From Octopus vulgaris (lineage: Eukaryota): DNA of 64,000 nt. The stretch covers positions 39,184,001 through 39,248,000 of the forward strand of contig OX597815.1 in the NCBI GenBank assembly GCA_951406725.2. Reading direction: 5' to 3'. How positions within the stretch are numbered: position 1 is the first letter of the stretch; each line of letters begins with the position of its first letter. The notes beneath the pieces are model-generated. The model did not search any database, was not told where the DNA came from, and saw nothing but the letters and a program-made list of their open reading frames with translations. Both the position numbers and the translations under genes were made by a program. Shown here one piece after another: positions 13,682 to 26,035 of this stretch.

Positions 13682-13985
13682 TTTTACTTGTTTCAGTCAT
13701 TAGACTGCGGCCATACTGGAGTAGCACCCCGACGATCTTTAGTCAAATGAATTCCAAGTTAAGTGGGTGTAAACAAATTAACACAAATTGTCAATCGGTG
13801 GCGAGAGACAAACACAAAGACACACACACATGACAAGCTTCTTTCAGTTTCTGCCTATCAAATCCACTCACAAGGATTTGGTCAACCCAAGGCTATAGAA
13901 GACACTTACCAGAGGTGCCATGCAGTGGGACTTGACCAAGAACCATGTGGTTGGGAAGCAAACTTCTTACTACACAGCCATGCCT
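13682..13985 (-). mobile_element. SINE family 1 copy with internal deletion
   Basis: tgtttcagtcattagactgcggccat...aaatccactcacaagg...ttactacacagcca, colinear with 2937-3348. Confidence 0.8.
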
Positions 13986-14240
13986 GTGCACACACACACA
14001 CACATTTTATTGACAGTTACTTCAAAGTCCCACCAGTAGTTGGCCTCATTAGTCACAGTCAATACAATTATAAATATCAGATTACAGTTAGTGAGGCCTT
14101 AGTTCAGTAAATGCTCACAATTTTCATAATTATAAAAACCTCCATATATAAATACATGTATACTTACATACCATTGTAAACACACTGACTGGTTTTTATA
14201 TATGACAATTATTTAGAGCATGTTCGTGAAAATAAAAAGG

Positions 14241-14356
14241 TAGATAGGTAGGCAGAATTTGTAAGTGCCTGTGTACATACAAATTCTGCCTACCTATCTA
14301 TGTGAATGAGTGAGCATATAAGTGCCTGTGTACATATATGCTCACTCATTCACATA
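14241..14356. repeat. Twin perfect inverted repeats sharing an identical 14-nt loop
   Basis: Arms 14241-14263/14278-14300 (23 bp) and 14299-14320/14335-14356 (22 bp); both loops are agtgcctgtgtaca. Confidence 0.95.
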
Positions 14357-17054
14357 ATCAACCACTATAACTTACTAAATATGTGGTGCTGTGCCACAAC
14401 ATATACATATATGGATCTATTATTGCTCATGCCACAATAAAATGCATCCAGTACACTTTGTAAAGTCACTGGAGATAGGAATGGTATCCAATCATAGAAA
14501 CCAAACCAAAACTGAAACATTTAAGCAAGATGTGGTCCTTCAATCTGCTGAGGAGTATCCTAATTGTACACAAGGACTCCAACTTGACAATCTGTTCAAT
14601 TCATGTCAGCACAGAAAGTATATGTCAAAAAATAAGGTGGATGATCTATTATTGATAGAAGTAGTTATGTAGTGTGTATGTAGATAGGCAGCTGAAGGAA
14701 TCTTGAATCAAAGTTAGTGAAACCTTGGCATTTTACATTCAATAGTTTTGTGACCAGGTTATGATGATAGACATCTCCAGTCATTTATGGGATAGACATG
14801 ACTGGCTATCTAGAAGGTTGATAGAAAGTTAAATAGGTAGAGAAAGAGGTTTGATAAATAGAGAAAGGAGAAAGAGAGAGATTTAAAAACAATGATAAAC
14901 ATTTTTGCATTCAATGTTTTAAAGAGAACACACTCCAGTGATAGCCACTGTGTTAGACAAAGAAATAGACAGGACACTGCCATGAAAACAGGGTTCTAAC
15001 CCCAAATTAGGAAGAAGTTATGAAAACAAGAAATTTAGAAAAAGAGACAATGACACTACAGTTGTTAGCTCAAGAATTGTTTATCAGCAGAAATGTTTAG
15101 TCGTTCAAATGAAAGCTAACATAAGTTGATCTAAGTATCATTTCTGTTTAATTCACACTATTTGAATTCATCCAGGTGACTTAGTAAAGTTGTTGCTTGC
15201 TTGCAACACAATTTTAAAAGAATGGTTACCATTTTCCCAAGTGTTCAATCATATTAGTGAGAAAACAAGTTAATGACTCCATGAATTTAATATTATCCCT
15301 AACAATATTCATACTTTCATTGTTCATCATCATCATCATTTAACATCCCTTTCCCATACAGACAGGAGTTAGACAATGTGACAGAATCCAGCAAGCTGTC
15401 AAGCTTCAGTGTCAGCTTTCACATGTTTTCTAAAGCTGGACACCCTTCCTAACACCAACTATTTTAGTGTGCACTGGGTTTTTTTATATATATATATTTT
15501 TTTTTTTTTTTTTGCATTCTATTGAGCCAATGGCACTGGGGAGGTCACCAAGTGAGTTGCAAAACAGAAAAAGAATGAGAAAAGGAAAAATATCATAAAT
15601 TTGTACATCTTTCCTTGCATATTTCACTCTTGCTTTACTTTTTTTTTTTTGTCCCACATTATTTCTTAAACAGATGTATAATTGGGCTGATAGATATGTG
15701 GCTGTTATTTTTAGCAAGAAGATGTTGAAACATCTAACATAAAAAAATTGTAAAATATACATTATAGAATGTGACACACTCTCCATATATATATCTTGCA
15801 CATACACATACATAGAGACATATGGATATGCCCTAGTTTTCTCCTCTTCTCTATTACTCATGCATTCTATCTCTCTTCTACATAGGATAGACTTTATTAT
15901 CTTTTCACTTTGTTTTTTTTTTTAGTCACTCCTTTTTTTCTATTTGTTCCCAAGTTCCATTTTCCTTAATATCTGTATCCACAGTCATTTTATTTCCAAT
16001 GATAATAGGAGTGGATTTCTTTTAAATTATGTAGCTACTATTTCTAGGATATATGGTGATGAATAACAAAAGTATTTTATTAACAACTGAAATGTATAGT
16101 TCTAATATCAATTGTGGAACATGAAATGTGGAATGACGTGTAAGGTGGAAAGATTGTATATTGAACATGATCAATATAAACTGCAAATAGGTGGAAATTG
16201 CAGCTGATTTCTTTAGATACTTCATAAAGAAAAAGCAGGGAGTGGGAGGTGTCAAAAGACATACTAAAAAAGTTTTACACACACAAACATGCATTTATAG
16301 ATATGTTCACTCACATTACACATGTAAACACAATCACATACACACATATCCAAATTCATGTGCATACACAGACATACACAAGTCTGCATGTGTTAGAGAT
16401 GGTGGGGTATCATTTAAGCTTTTAGTTTAGCCAGCAACACTGTTTTTGGGTTTTTACCACTGTCATAGAAGTGGCAGTAGTAAGATATCCTTTGCAGGTC
16501 TCCTACATGGAGGCATACATTTATACACATAGAGAAAGACAATCACATATATACCAGGCAGACAAGCAACTGAAGTGACTCAAACTATAATATTTACATG
16601 CAAGAGAGAGGGAGGGGGAATGTGCGTATGTTTGTTTACACACATACATACATATGAAAAATTTTGATGATAAACTTATATTTTTCCTTTTAGCTTTTTT
16701 ACCCATGGCATCAGACTCTTGTATGTTTGTATGTATTCTAAAAGCAAGCTGGGTGCACATACACATGGTATTCTTGTGTAGATTCATAAGGATTTTCCTG
16801 TATGTTCCACATGCTATGACTTGCCATACATTTAAATTTCCTTCAGCGTGGAATCTGTTATAGCCCTATATCAACTAAATGTTACTTCATACCAATGTAG
16901 CACAATATTAATTAACAGTTTGTTTATAGATATGGAAATATGAAGTATTTAATAAATACAACTGTAACTAGTCAAACATAAGACCCGTACTCCATGGCAG
17001 AAGTTTGAAAATTGATCCCTCGGGTGGTGTAAAGCACTCATGGCAGAACTACGT

Positions 17055-17221
17055 AAAAGCACCCAGTACACTCTGTAAAGTGGCTGGTGTTAGGAAGGGC
17101 ATCCAACCATAGAAACTGTGCCAAAGGAGACTAGAGTCTGGTGAGGCTCTCCAGCATGCCAGCACTGGTCAAACCATGCAACACATGTCAGTATGGACAA
17201 CAGACATTAATGATGATGATA
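17055..17221 (+). mobile_element. RTE 3'-end-derived short repeat
   Basis: gtaaaagcaccc...ggtgttaggaagggcatcca...(gat)n tail, as in the 3' ends of the RTE copies. Similar fragments lie near 15325-15480 (-), 37195-37333 (+) and 56005-56180 (+). Confidence 0.7.
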
Positions 17222-17676
17222 ATCACTATAAGAGAATAATAAAAGAAAAATATGAAGCAGAGAATAATAAACCCACCAGTTCCATTACTAACATGACTAC
17301 CTATAAGAAACAAACAAATATATATATAAAAAAAAAAACACTAGTCACACTAACAATAAGCAAACAGTTGTTACAGCATGGAATGGGTACTTTTTGGATG
17401 TTGAAATTTATGAAGAGAATGTCCAGATTCAGTCTTTGCATGAGCCAAATAAGACAAGTTTTAAAAATATAAATTCTAGTCTAATATTCTTTACCACTGT
17501 CTTCTTACAACAATCACCACCACCATGGGAAACATGAATTATTTTCGTAATGTAATCATAAAAATCTAAAGATATTAACATATTACACTTCTTTATTTTT
17601 AATTCAAACATTAGCTAATTTTTCAAAGTATTTGACAACATGCAATACAAATAAGTTCAATTCAATAATAATTCAT

Positions 17677-18150
17677 TCATCATTTAACGTCCGCTTTCCA
17701 TGCTAGCATGGGTTGGACGGTTCAACTGGGGTCTGGGGAGCCCGAAAGCTGCACCAGTCCAGTCAGATCTGGCAGTGTTTCTACAGCTGGATGCCCTTCC
17801 TAACGCCAACCACTCCGAGAGTGTAGTGGGTGATTTTATGTGCCACCGACACAGGTGCCAGACGAGGCTGGCAAACGGCCACGCTCGGATGGTGTTTTTT
17901 ATGTGCCACCGACACAGGTGCCAGACGAGGCTGGCAGACGGCCACGCTCGGATGGTGTTTTTATGTGCCACCGACACAGGTGCCAGATGAGGCTGGCAAA
18001 CGGCCACGATCGGATGGTGCTTGTTACGTGCCCACAGCACGGAGGCCAGTCGATGCGGTACTGGCTACGGCCACGTTCGGATGGTTTTCTTGTGCCACGT
18101 GCCACCGGCACTGGTACCACAAAGATACAAATTCCATTGATGTTCATCTT
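17677..18150 (-). mobile_element. RTE LINE 3' end with tandem array of 62-63 bp units
   Basis: Reverse complement of the RTE tail (gcggacgttaaatgatg). Three near-identical units start at 17838, 17901 and 17963, followed by degenerate units. Confidence 0.85.
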
Positions 18151-19212
18151 TTTTGATTTGTTTTGATTTTTTTTTTTTTGATTTTTTTTTTTTTTTTTTT
18201 GATTTTCTTTAATTTTATAAAAGTTAACAAGTTTCTATTTTACTCATGATTAAGGTTTTATTATAATCTGCTCTCTAATTTTGAAACCATTGATGAACTA
18301 CAAATATTTACATGTTTATTTCAAATTTTACTAAAAATCGTTTCAAAAATATATTGAGTTATGGTTGTGGGGTGACTGCTATGCCACCACTACCATACCA
18401 ACACAACCACTAATAACAAACAACAATCTTTCCCCCTCCCTCCATTTATTACATTGGAGAACATGGCTTTTGTCATCTGGTGTTGACATTTTTGCAAGTA
18501 ATTTTGTGACACTGATTTCAAAAATGAAATCCATTTTGCTTTATCACAAAGATTTTTTACAAACTCAAATATCCATTTTGCAACATTTCCAGTATTATCA
18601 CTATTTCTAATGATAGATTTGGCTTCATCAAATTCAGACTCATGTATGGAGCATGACATAACACTGAAAACAGTTTTTCAATATCATTTGAAGTAAATGC
18701 AATTACAAAAGTGAAAACAGAAGTCATGATTTAAGTATCTTCAGTAAATAAAGCGCAGCAAACATGAGTAACTTCACTAATTTCAATGGAACCAACTTTA
18801 AATGCCATGATGACAAATATCCTTTATACAATTAGATGTTAATAAGCACATTTCTGTGGTCCTTGACATAATATGCCTCATATTTGTGGAATTTGTCTGC
18901 AGATATCACCATACTGTGCTTGATTTAATGGAACTATCATGACAAACCAGATGAGACCTGTTTTGTTGAACCTTTAACTATTTACGAAAATTGTATTTTA
19001 GATGCACCCCTTAATGTTGTGAGGTCACATGGGTCAAGGTCACTTTTTGTCAAGCATAGTCAAAGAACTGTAGAAAGAACTTCATGGTATGTATGCTCTT
19101 TATAGAATTTTACCATCACAAATCTGTATTTACTTACTTTATAACAGTTGACAATACTAAAAATGCCTTTCCCAGCTGACAACTGGCTCAATATGTTTTG
19201 CGTTTCAGAAAT

Positions 19213-19600
19213 ATGGCCAGTTGTGAGAGAAAATGCAAAAACAGCCCCAATGTCTTCTACTATATTTGTGTGCGTTACACTTTATCTCAGCAGTGAAGTA
19301 AAATCAGATTTTATGAAGAAACCATACCATACTTTAGCATGAAACTGGGTGATCAAGACAAAGCCTGGACACCTCCTATAGTGTGCAAAACGTGTGTTGA
19401 AACACTGAGACATTGACTGTTTCAAATATTTAAGCAGTGAGTTTCTAGCTTTTTCTTGTGAGAAAATTAAAGTTGGTGTGTTTAATAGGCCACAGATTAA
19501 AAGGCTATTACAAGATGAGCAGTCCTGGGAGACCATGTTTCTGGCATTAAAAAGAAGCATGGAATGCTTTTGGTGCAGTTGTGAATTCCTGTTTAACAAA
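19213..19600 (+). mobile_element. Chapaev3-like (CMC) DNA transposase remnant
   Basis: MASCERKCKNSPNVFYYIC...KLGDQDKAWTPPIVCKTCVETLR, then after a deletion EKIKVGVFNRPQIKRL; these resemble Chapaev3 transposase motifs (KLGDQDKxWAPH; K.KAG.FDGPQIR). Confidence 0.75.
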
Positions 19601-19859
19601 AAAAAAAATTGATATGATAGAAAATTTCTAAACCCAGCACCATTAAATTAAGTAGGACTATTTGTAAAAAGCAAGACAACTAAATATTTTTTTTTTAAAT
19701 GTTCCTCCATGTTATAAAATAATGAAAGCAGCTGACCAGCCCTATTACTTATGAAAAAACAACACAATTGTACTTATTCAGAGATTAAGTTGTAGAAAAA
19801 AAAACCTGATGTGATAGTTGAAAATTGACTGCAGTTTTGAAATCAGCATGACAAATTTT

Positions 19860-21338
19860 AAATACCTAGCCAAAGATAAATCTCTGTACCTGGCTTTCGT
19901 TGACATGGAGAAAGCCTTTGACAGGGTCCCCCAATCCCTTATCTGGTGGTCAATGAGGAAACTAGGGATAGAGGAATGGTTAGTGAGAGCTGTGCAAGCC
20001 ATGTACAGGGACACCGTCAGTAAGGTGAGGGTTTGCTGCAAGTACAGTGAAGAATTCCAAGTAGAGGTAGGGTCCACCAAAGTTCAGTCCTCAGCCCTCT
20101 CCTATTTATCATAGTCTTCCAGACAATAACAGAGAAATTCAAGACAGGATGCCCCTGGGAGCTCCTCTATGCTGACGACCTTGCTCTAATTGCTGAGTCA
20201 TTATCAGAACTAGAGGAGAAGTTTCAGGTGTAGAAACAAGGATTAGAATCGAAGAGCCTTAGAGTCAACCTAGCTAAAACCAAAGTCCTAATAAGTAGGA
20301 AGGCAGACAAACCACAAATTTCTTCAGGTAGATGGCCCTGCTCGATCTGTAGAAAAGGTGTAGGTAGAAACTCTATAAGATGTGCCCAGTGTAAGCTATG
20401 GAGACATAAGAGGTGCAACAACATCAAAGGAAGGCTAACTGGGAAGATAGTTTTTGTATGTGGCAGATGCTCAGGGCAATAAACAGAGAGTTCAGAGAGC
20501 TCTTACCTCTACAAGTGACAAAGGGCATCTCGCTCAGAGTAAAAGGTAGACTGTATGACGCATGTGTATGAACAGCCATGCTACATGGCAGTGAAACATG
20601 GGCCATGACTGCTGAGGATATGCGTAAGCTCACAAGGAATGGAGCCAGTATGCTCCGATGGTTGTGTAATGTCAGTGTGCATACTCAACAGAGTGTAAGT
20701 ACTTTGAGAGAAAAGTTGGACCTAAGAAGCATCAGATGTGGTGTGCAAGAGAGACGACTGCGCTGGTATGGTCATGTGGCGAGAACCAGCCCACTTATAG
20801 GTACCTTTCCTACATTGAACACTAAACTCTGTTTGCGAAGACCTGTTGAGACAAGCGAAATCAAAATCAAAGCAAATTTTCAAATTTGATGACTGGCACC
20901 CATGCCAGTAGAGCGCTGACAGCACCATCCAAGTGTGATCGCTGCCAGAGCAGCTGACTGGCTTCTGTGCCGGTGGCACGTAAAAAGCACCATTCAAACA
21001 TGGTCATTAGTAGCGTCGCCTTACTGGCACGTGAAAAACATTCGAGCAAGGTCGTTGCCAGTGCCGCTGGACTGGCTCCTGTGCAGGTGGCATGTAAAAA
21101 ACACTTGAGCGTGGCCATTGCCAGTACCAACTGACTGGCCTCAGTTGGTACTGGCAATGGTGCATGTAAAAGCACCCACTACACTATTGGAGTGGGCGGC
21201 GTTAGGAAGGGCATCCAGCTGTAGAAACTCTGCCAGGTTAGATTAGAACCTGGTGAAGCCATCTGGTTCGCCAGTACTCAGTCAGATTGTCCAACCTATG
21301 CTAGCATAGAAAGCGGACGTTAAACGATGATAATGGTG
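19860..21338 (+). mobile_element. 5'-truncated RTE-clade LINE (RT, PHD-like insert, 3' tandem array, (GAT)n tail)
   Basis: LYLAFVDMEKAFDRVP, WELLYADDL, LHGSETW and RLRWYGHV motifs; carries stops and internal deletions relative to 53838-55281. Confidence 0.92.
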
Positions 21339-21664
21339 AATTTTAGTCTAAAGCAAATGAAAAAGCAAACAACAGAAATTATGTTCAAAATTGTTCCACT
21401 CTGCTGTCTTCAATATCACCATAGCCAACACCACTATGATTCCCAACAGCTCCTTTCTGAATTACTTCCCCTTAGTATGATGAACTGTTAAAAACAAGTT
21501 ATTAATATTATGTTGGTTAGTTATTCAGGGGGAAAAAAAATCCTTTTTGCTTCTTCACTTGCTTCCCTCTCACATGTAACATGAATACTTGATCAGCACA
21601 CCACTTTTATGAAAATTGTAGTAGAAAAACCAAACCTTTTGAATATGCCCCTCTCCACCAACCA

Positions 21665-21918
21665 AATGATAGCCAATTTCTTGGATATTACATTAGCTTG
21701 TAAGATAGGTGAGCACCACACATATATGAAACCTAACAAGGAAACAGTAGACATCCATAAGAACTATCACCCCCCCCAGCTATAATTAGGAACCTACTAA
21801 CAAGCATCAATAAGAGTCTCCTACTTTTCCTACAATGAATAAATTTCTAACAAAACAGCCCCCTACAATAACAATACCTTACCTAAAAAGTGCTTTTACT
21901 TTATATGTATGTGTGTGA

Positions 21919-21954
<36 letters not shown>

Positions 21955-22160
21955 AATCTATCCCCATGCCCAAGGATTACCAGACAGCTGAAAGTAAGTC
22001 AGGTGTAATCACCCTCATAATTGATATGCCATGATAACTACTGCCAGGAACTTCCTATTTCTTGTAAAGAACTACTTTACTAACCACACACAAATACCAC
22101 AATGGTTTTAATGTTCAGAATGTTACAGCTAGCTATTCTTGTCTATATAATAATACTTCA
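21665..22160 (+). mobile_element. Penelope-like element RT/linker remnant
   Basis: ANFLDITL...YMKPNKETVDIH..HPP.IIRNL...NKTAPY and ARNFLFLVKNYF...FNVQNVTASYSC, interrupted by a (TA)n tract. Confidence 0.7.
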
Positions 22161-22619
22161 AGCATTACTTAAACTACCTTATATCTATCTGCTCAAGCCC
22201 CAACCCAGCAATGCACTTGCAGCTTGAGTAACCACACTCAAGCTTCCAATCTATCAAAAATCAATCTGGCCTTCCCCAGACTATGCCATATTTCCAAAAT
22301 AGCAAAATGCCAAAAGGTTTCAGTCCACTAACTAATACTGATGGCAGCTAGTAAAGATCTCTAGAGACAGTAGTGAGCATCACTTATGTTTTAGACGATA
22401 TTATTCTTTAAAATTTGTTCAAAATTTCCTTCAGGGAGTGCAACTAAATCAGTCTTCAGAAAAAGATATGATTATTGAAGCAAATATTTTAGTTTTTACC
22501 TTAAAGTCAGACAAAAAAAAAACTACATTTAACATGCCAGTATCACAGTCCCTAAAAGAAATTCTGAGTATTAGAGCTAAACAGATTGAAAACTAGAGGC
22601 AGGAAATTCTCTTTGCAAC

Positions 22620-22830
22620 ATTATTTTCAAAAGCAACTGGAGGCAGCTTTACCACTGAAATATACCCTTGCTTTTATACTATGGAACTGTCTCAAAATAT
22701 CAACAAATTTGGGTGGCCACCCAACTTTCCTCATACAGTCCTATTAACCATGTCAAAAGCTTTTATAAGATCAATAAACCTTTGATAGAGATCACACTGT
22801 TCAATAGATTTCTCTAGTAATTGCCAAGCA
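22620..22830 (-). mobile_element. RTE-BovB-like RT fragment
   Basis: Minus strand FIDLIKAFDMVNR...GWPPKFVDILRQFH. Confidence 0.65.
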
Positions 22831-23404
22831 GTAAAAAAAAATGTCCACTGGCTTTCCTAACATCAACAAACACTTAATAGCAGTCAATATATTTCTTTTA
22901 TAATTGTCATACAGTAAAAATTATATCCACTGGTTTTCCAGTAAGACCAACATATGATGGAGCTACATTGGATTTCTAATAAGACAGACACACACATGGA
23001 GGAGTCTATTTTTTAAAAAACCCTCAAAAGTACTTTCTTAATGACTGAAAGCAATGTGGTACACTAATAGTTTTTTTAACCCCATCCTTATATATTGACA
23101 GCCTTGGACACTAAATGCAAAAATTCATCTATTAGTCAGTGAATAGTACCAGCCAACTTATCACCTCTACATAGAATTAATGAGGGGGTTTTATCAATGC
23201 TAGTGGCATTACAAGTTCTCATTTGGCTAATCACCTTCTACAGTTTACAAGAGTTGGCTATTATCAAGCTCTTGAATGATTGCTGATTTAAAAATTGTTA
23301 ATCATTTCATTATTTACTATGGAAGGATTCCTAAGAAGATTCAAAGTTGCCAGTCCAGTACCTCAGTCAAATCTTGAAGGCCATATATGTACACATACAC
23401 ACAG

Positions 23405-23555
23405 AAGTATGGCCATGAGGTTAAGAAGTTCACTTCTCAACCATATGGTTTCAGGTCCAATTCCACAATGTGGTTCCCTGAAAAAGGGCCTTCTATAATA
23501 ACCCTGAGTCAACCAAAAACTTGTGATGGGATCTGGTAGACATGAACTGAGAGAG
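23405..23555 (+). mobile_element. Degenerate SINE family 1 head
   Basis: tggccatgaggttaagaag...ccatatggtttcaggtccaattccac...ggatctggtagac. Confidence 0.6.
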
Positions 23556-24402
23556 GCATTCTTTTTCTCTCTTTGTGCATATGTACATCAGCACAAAGGC
23601 TATACAGAGGCAGTACCCTTCAATGAGTGATGAGCAACATGTAACCTCTCCTCAGATACTGATCCACACACTCTCAGGTAATCAGTTATGATCAGAAAAG
23701 AGCTGAACATCTGATTCAGTAGCAAGACTGCCCCAGCTGAAACATTCATAAGGAGAGTTTGTTCCTACTGGCCTGGGCAGATCTGCAGGGGCATACCTTC
23801 AATAAAAAATTTAAAAAATAAAAGAATAAAAGAAGGCCCCAACAGCAGATAAAATAGATGAAGACCTATGATCTCAATGGCTGAACTGATGAAAGAAGGC
23901 AAAGCCAAATAAACTGGCTATGAAGTGTAGAACTGGCAGCAGTCCATTGTAGTTTCATCCTGCATGTCACATCTCAAACATGCTGCAGAGGATGTCTTCA
24001 AGACTACAATACATAGCTCGCTTCCTGGCAAGTAGGGATTCACCCTAATCAAAACCACGTCACCAGCATTTCTTGACCAAAAGAAATGCTCAGAAACTAG
24101 GAGCTAACGAGATTTCACACACACACAAACACATGTATGTAAATCACCAAGGCACTGTATTCTGTGAATGGATACTCTTTGTGACACTAACCCTCACTCA
24201 TTTCCCCAGGAAAGTAATATTTTCCCTTGGTCCTGGAAGGTTTCCACAGAAATCAAAGACACAAACAAAGACATGGACTTCTTTCCAACATCTGCCTACC
24301 TAATTCACTCAAGGATTTGATCATCTTGTAGCTTTCAGTGGAAGACACTTTACCCAAATTGTGCAAATTCCTTAACCACAGAACTTGAGATACAAACATG
24401 CA

Positions 24403-24438
<36 letters not shown>

Positions 24439-25379
24439 TGTATGCATATGTGCATGCGCACATGTACGCTTATGTGTAAGTGTTCATGTTTCCTGGTCAT
24501 GAAATCACATGTTAACTGCAAACAAATATCATTGCTGTAGGATATAATGTTCGCATTCTTCAGGACAAAGGGAAAATACTGTCTTGTATGAAAATTGAGA
24601 GTTGGTGACAGGAAGAACATCCAGCAAAAGGAAATCTGCATCAACTAATATCACCTAACTTTTACACAGAAAATTAAATACCAGTCTAAATACTGCAGCT
24701 GATTAATACTAACTATTCAAGGTGGTGTCGCTGAATAGCTGCAGTCCAATAAAAGGAAAGAATCCTGAATTTAGTATTAAACTAAAGGATATATATTCTT
24801 GTAAAATATTTTAAGTAATTATTTAACAGCAGAACAGTTTGCATTAGCCTTATATTCCCCCTTTAATTGCTTATTGGAGTCCTCATCAATGGACACTTAT
24901 GAAATGTTATTAAAAACAAGAAACCTAGCTCAAAACTTCTGTATTTATAATACTTGAAGTTCCAATCAAGTGTTAAGAGGTAAATAATGTTTTTCTCTCA
25001 ACACTGGCAGAAACTAGACTGAAAATATAACACGACAGTGAAGTATAATCAAAAGTATGATTATTGGTTTATTGAAGCAGAGAAAACTCAAAGAAAACTG
25101 AGTGGAAAATAAACTAATGAAACTATCTTGAAAAAATAAACACAAGAAAACTACAGTGCTTGTAATGCTGACATTACCTCCAAACAATTGAGAAAACCAA
25201 TGTTAAAAGCAATATAGAAATATATTTTAAAAAATCAACAAAAATAAACTAAAACAATATATTTAAAACATAAATATAAGTAAATAATGATGTTTTAAAA
25301 AGTTCCACACAAGGCTACAATTTTTTCAAGAGAATATACCCTATTAAATGGGTATCTGTACATGATTAGTCAATACTTT

Positions 25380-26035
25380 TCAACCTCCTGAGAGATGGAA
25401 ATAATATTTTCTGTTGTAGGCTCAAAGCCTGAAATTTGGGGTAAGAGGCTAGTGTTCAACTGGTACTTATTTTATCAACCCCAAAAGGAAGAAAATCACA
25501 ATTTCGTTTGCTGCTCCATTTTTGGAGTGATGGATTCTGGCAACAACCATTCCAAAAATGATTTGTAATAGAGGTGCAAAGTGATAAGGCAACAAGCTGG
25601 CAGAATCAGTAGCACACAAGGCAAAATGGTTTGCAGTATTTTGAGGTTAATAAAATAAGTACCAGTTGAGCACAGGGATTGATGTAATCGACTTACCCCT
25701 CTCCCCCAAAATGATGACCTTGTGCCAAAATTTGAAACCAATATAGGTGCAAGGTTATATATTTATTTACAGCTATCAAAATTTGATTAACAATTATTTT
25801 ATCAACTCTGAAGGATGAATGTGAGGATCTGAACTTGGAATGTAATGAAAAAATTGTTTCTAACATAGGCACAAGATCAGAAAAGAGAAGGAAAGGATCA
25901 GCTGATATAAAAAAAAAAAATAAATAAATCACCTCTACAATATGTTCTGGTACTTTATTGATCTTGAAAGGATGAAAAGCAAAGTTGACTTTCACAGAAT
26001 TTGAACTTAAGCCAAAACAAATATTGTAAGGCATT
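25380..26035 (-). mobile_element. Cluster of degenerate SINE family 2 (Meta-core-like) fragments in mixed orientation
   Basis: Repeated ctggtacttattttatcaaccc / aaggatgaaaagcaaagttgac motifs matching 52740-52970. Confidence 0.55.

Noticed and set aside
17838-18115. CRISPR-like array and several overlapping ORFs with repeated Cys/His peptides
   Set aside because: The units are contiguous tandem repeats with no unique spacers, there are no cas genes, and the context is a eukaryotic RTE tail. The ORFs arise from GC-rich repeats lacking stops.
23881-23935. ctgatga...gaa hammerhead-like core
   Set aside because: I could not build the flanking stems I-III or a properly placed GAAA/UH.
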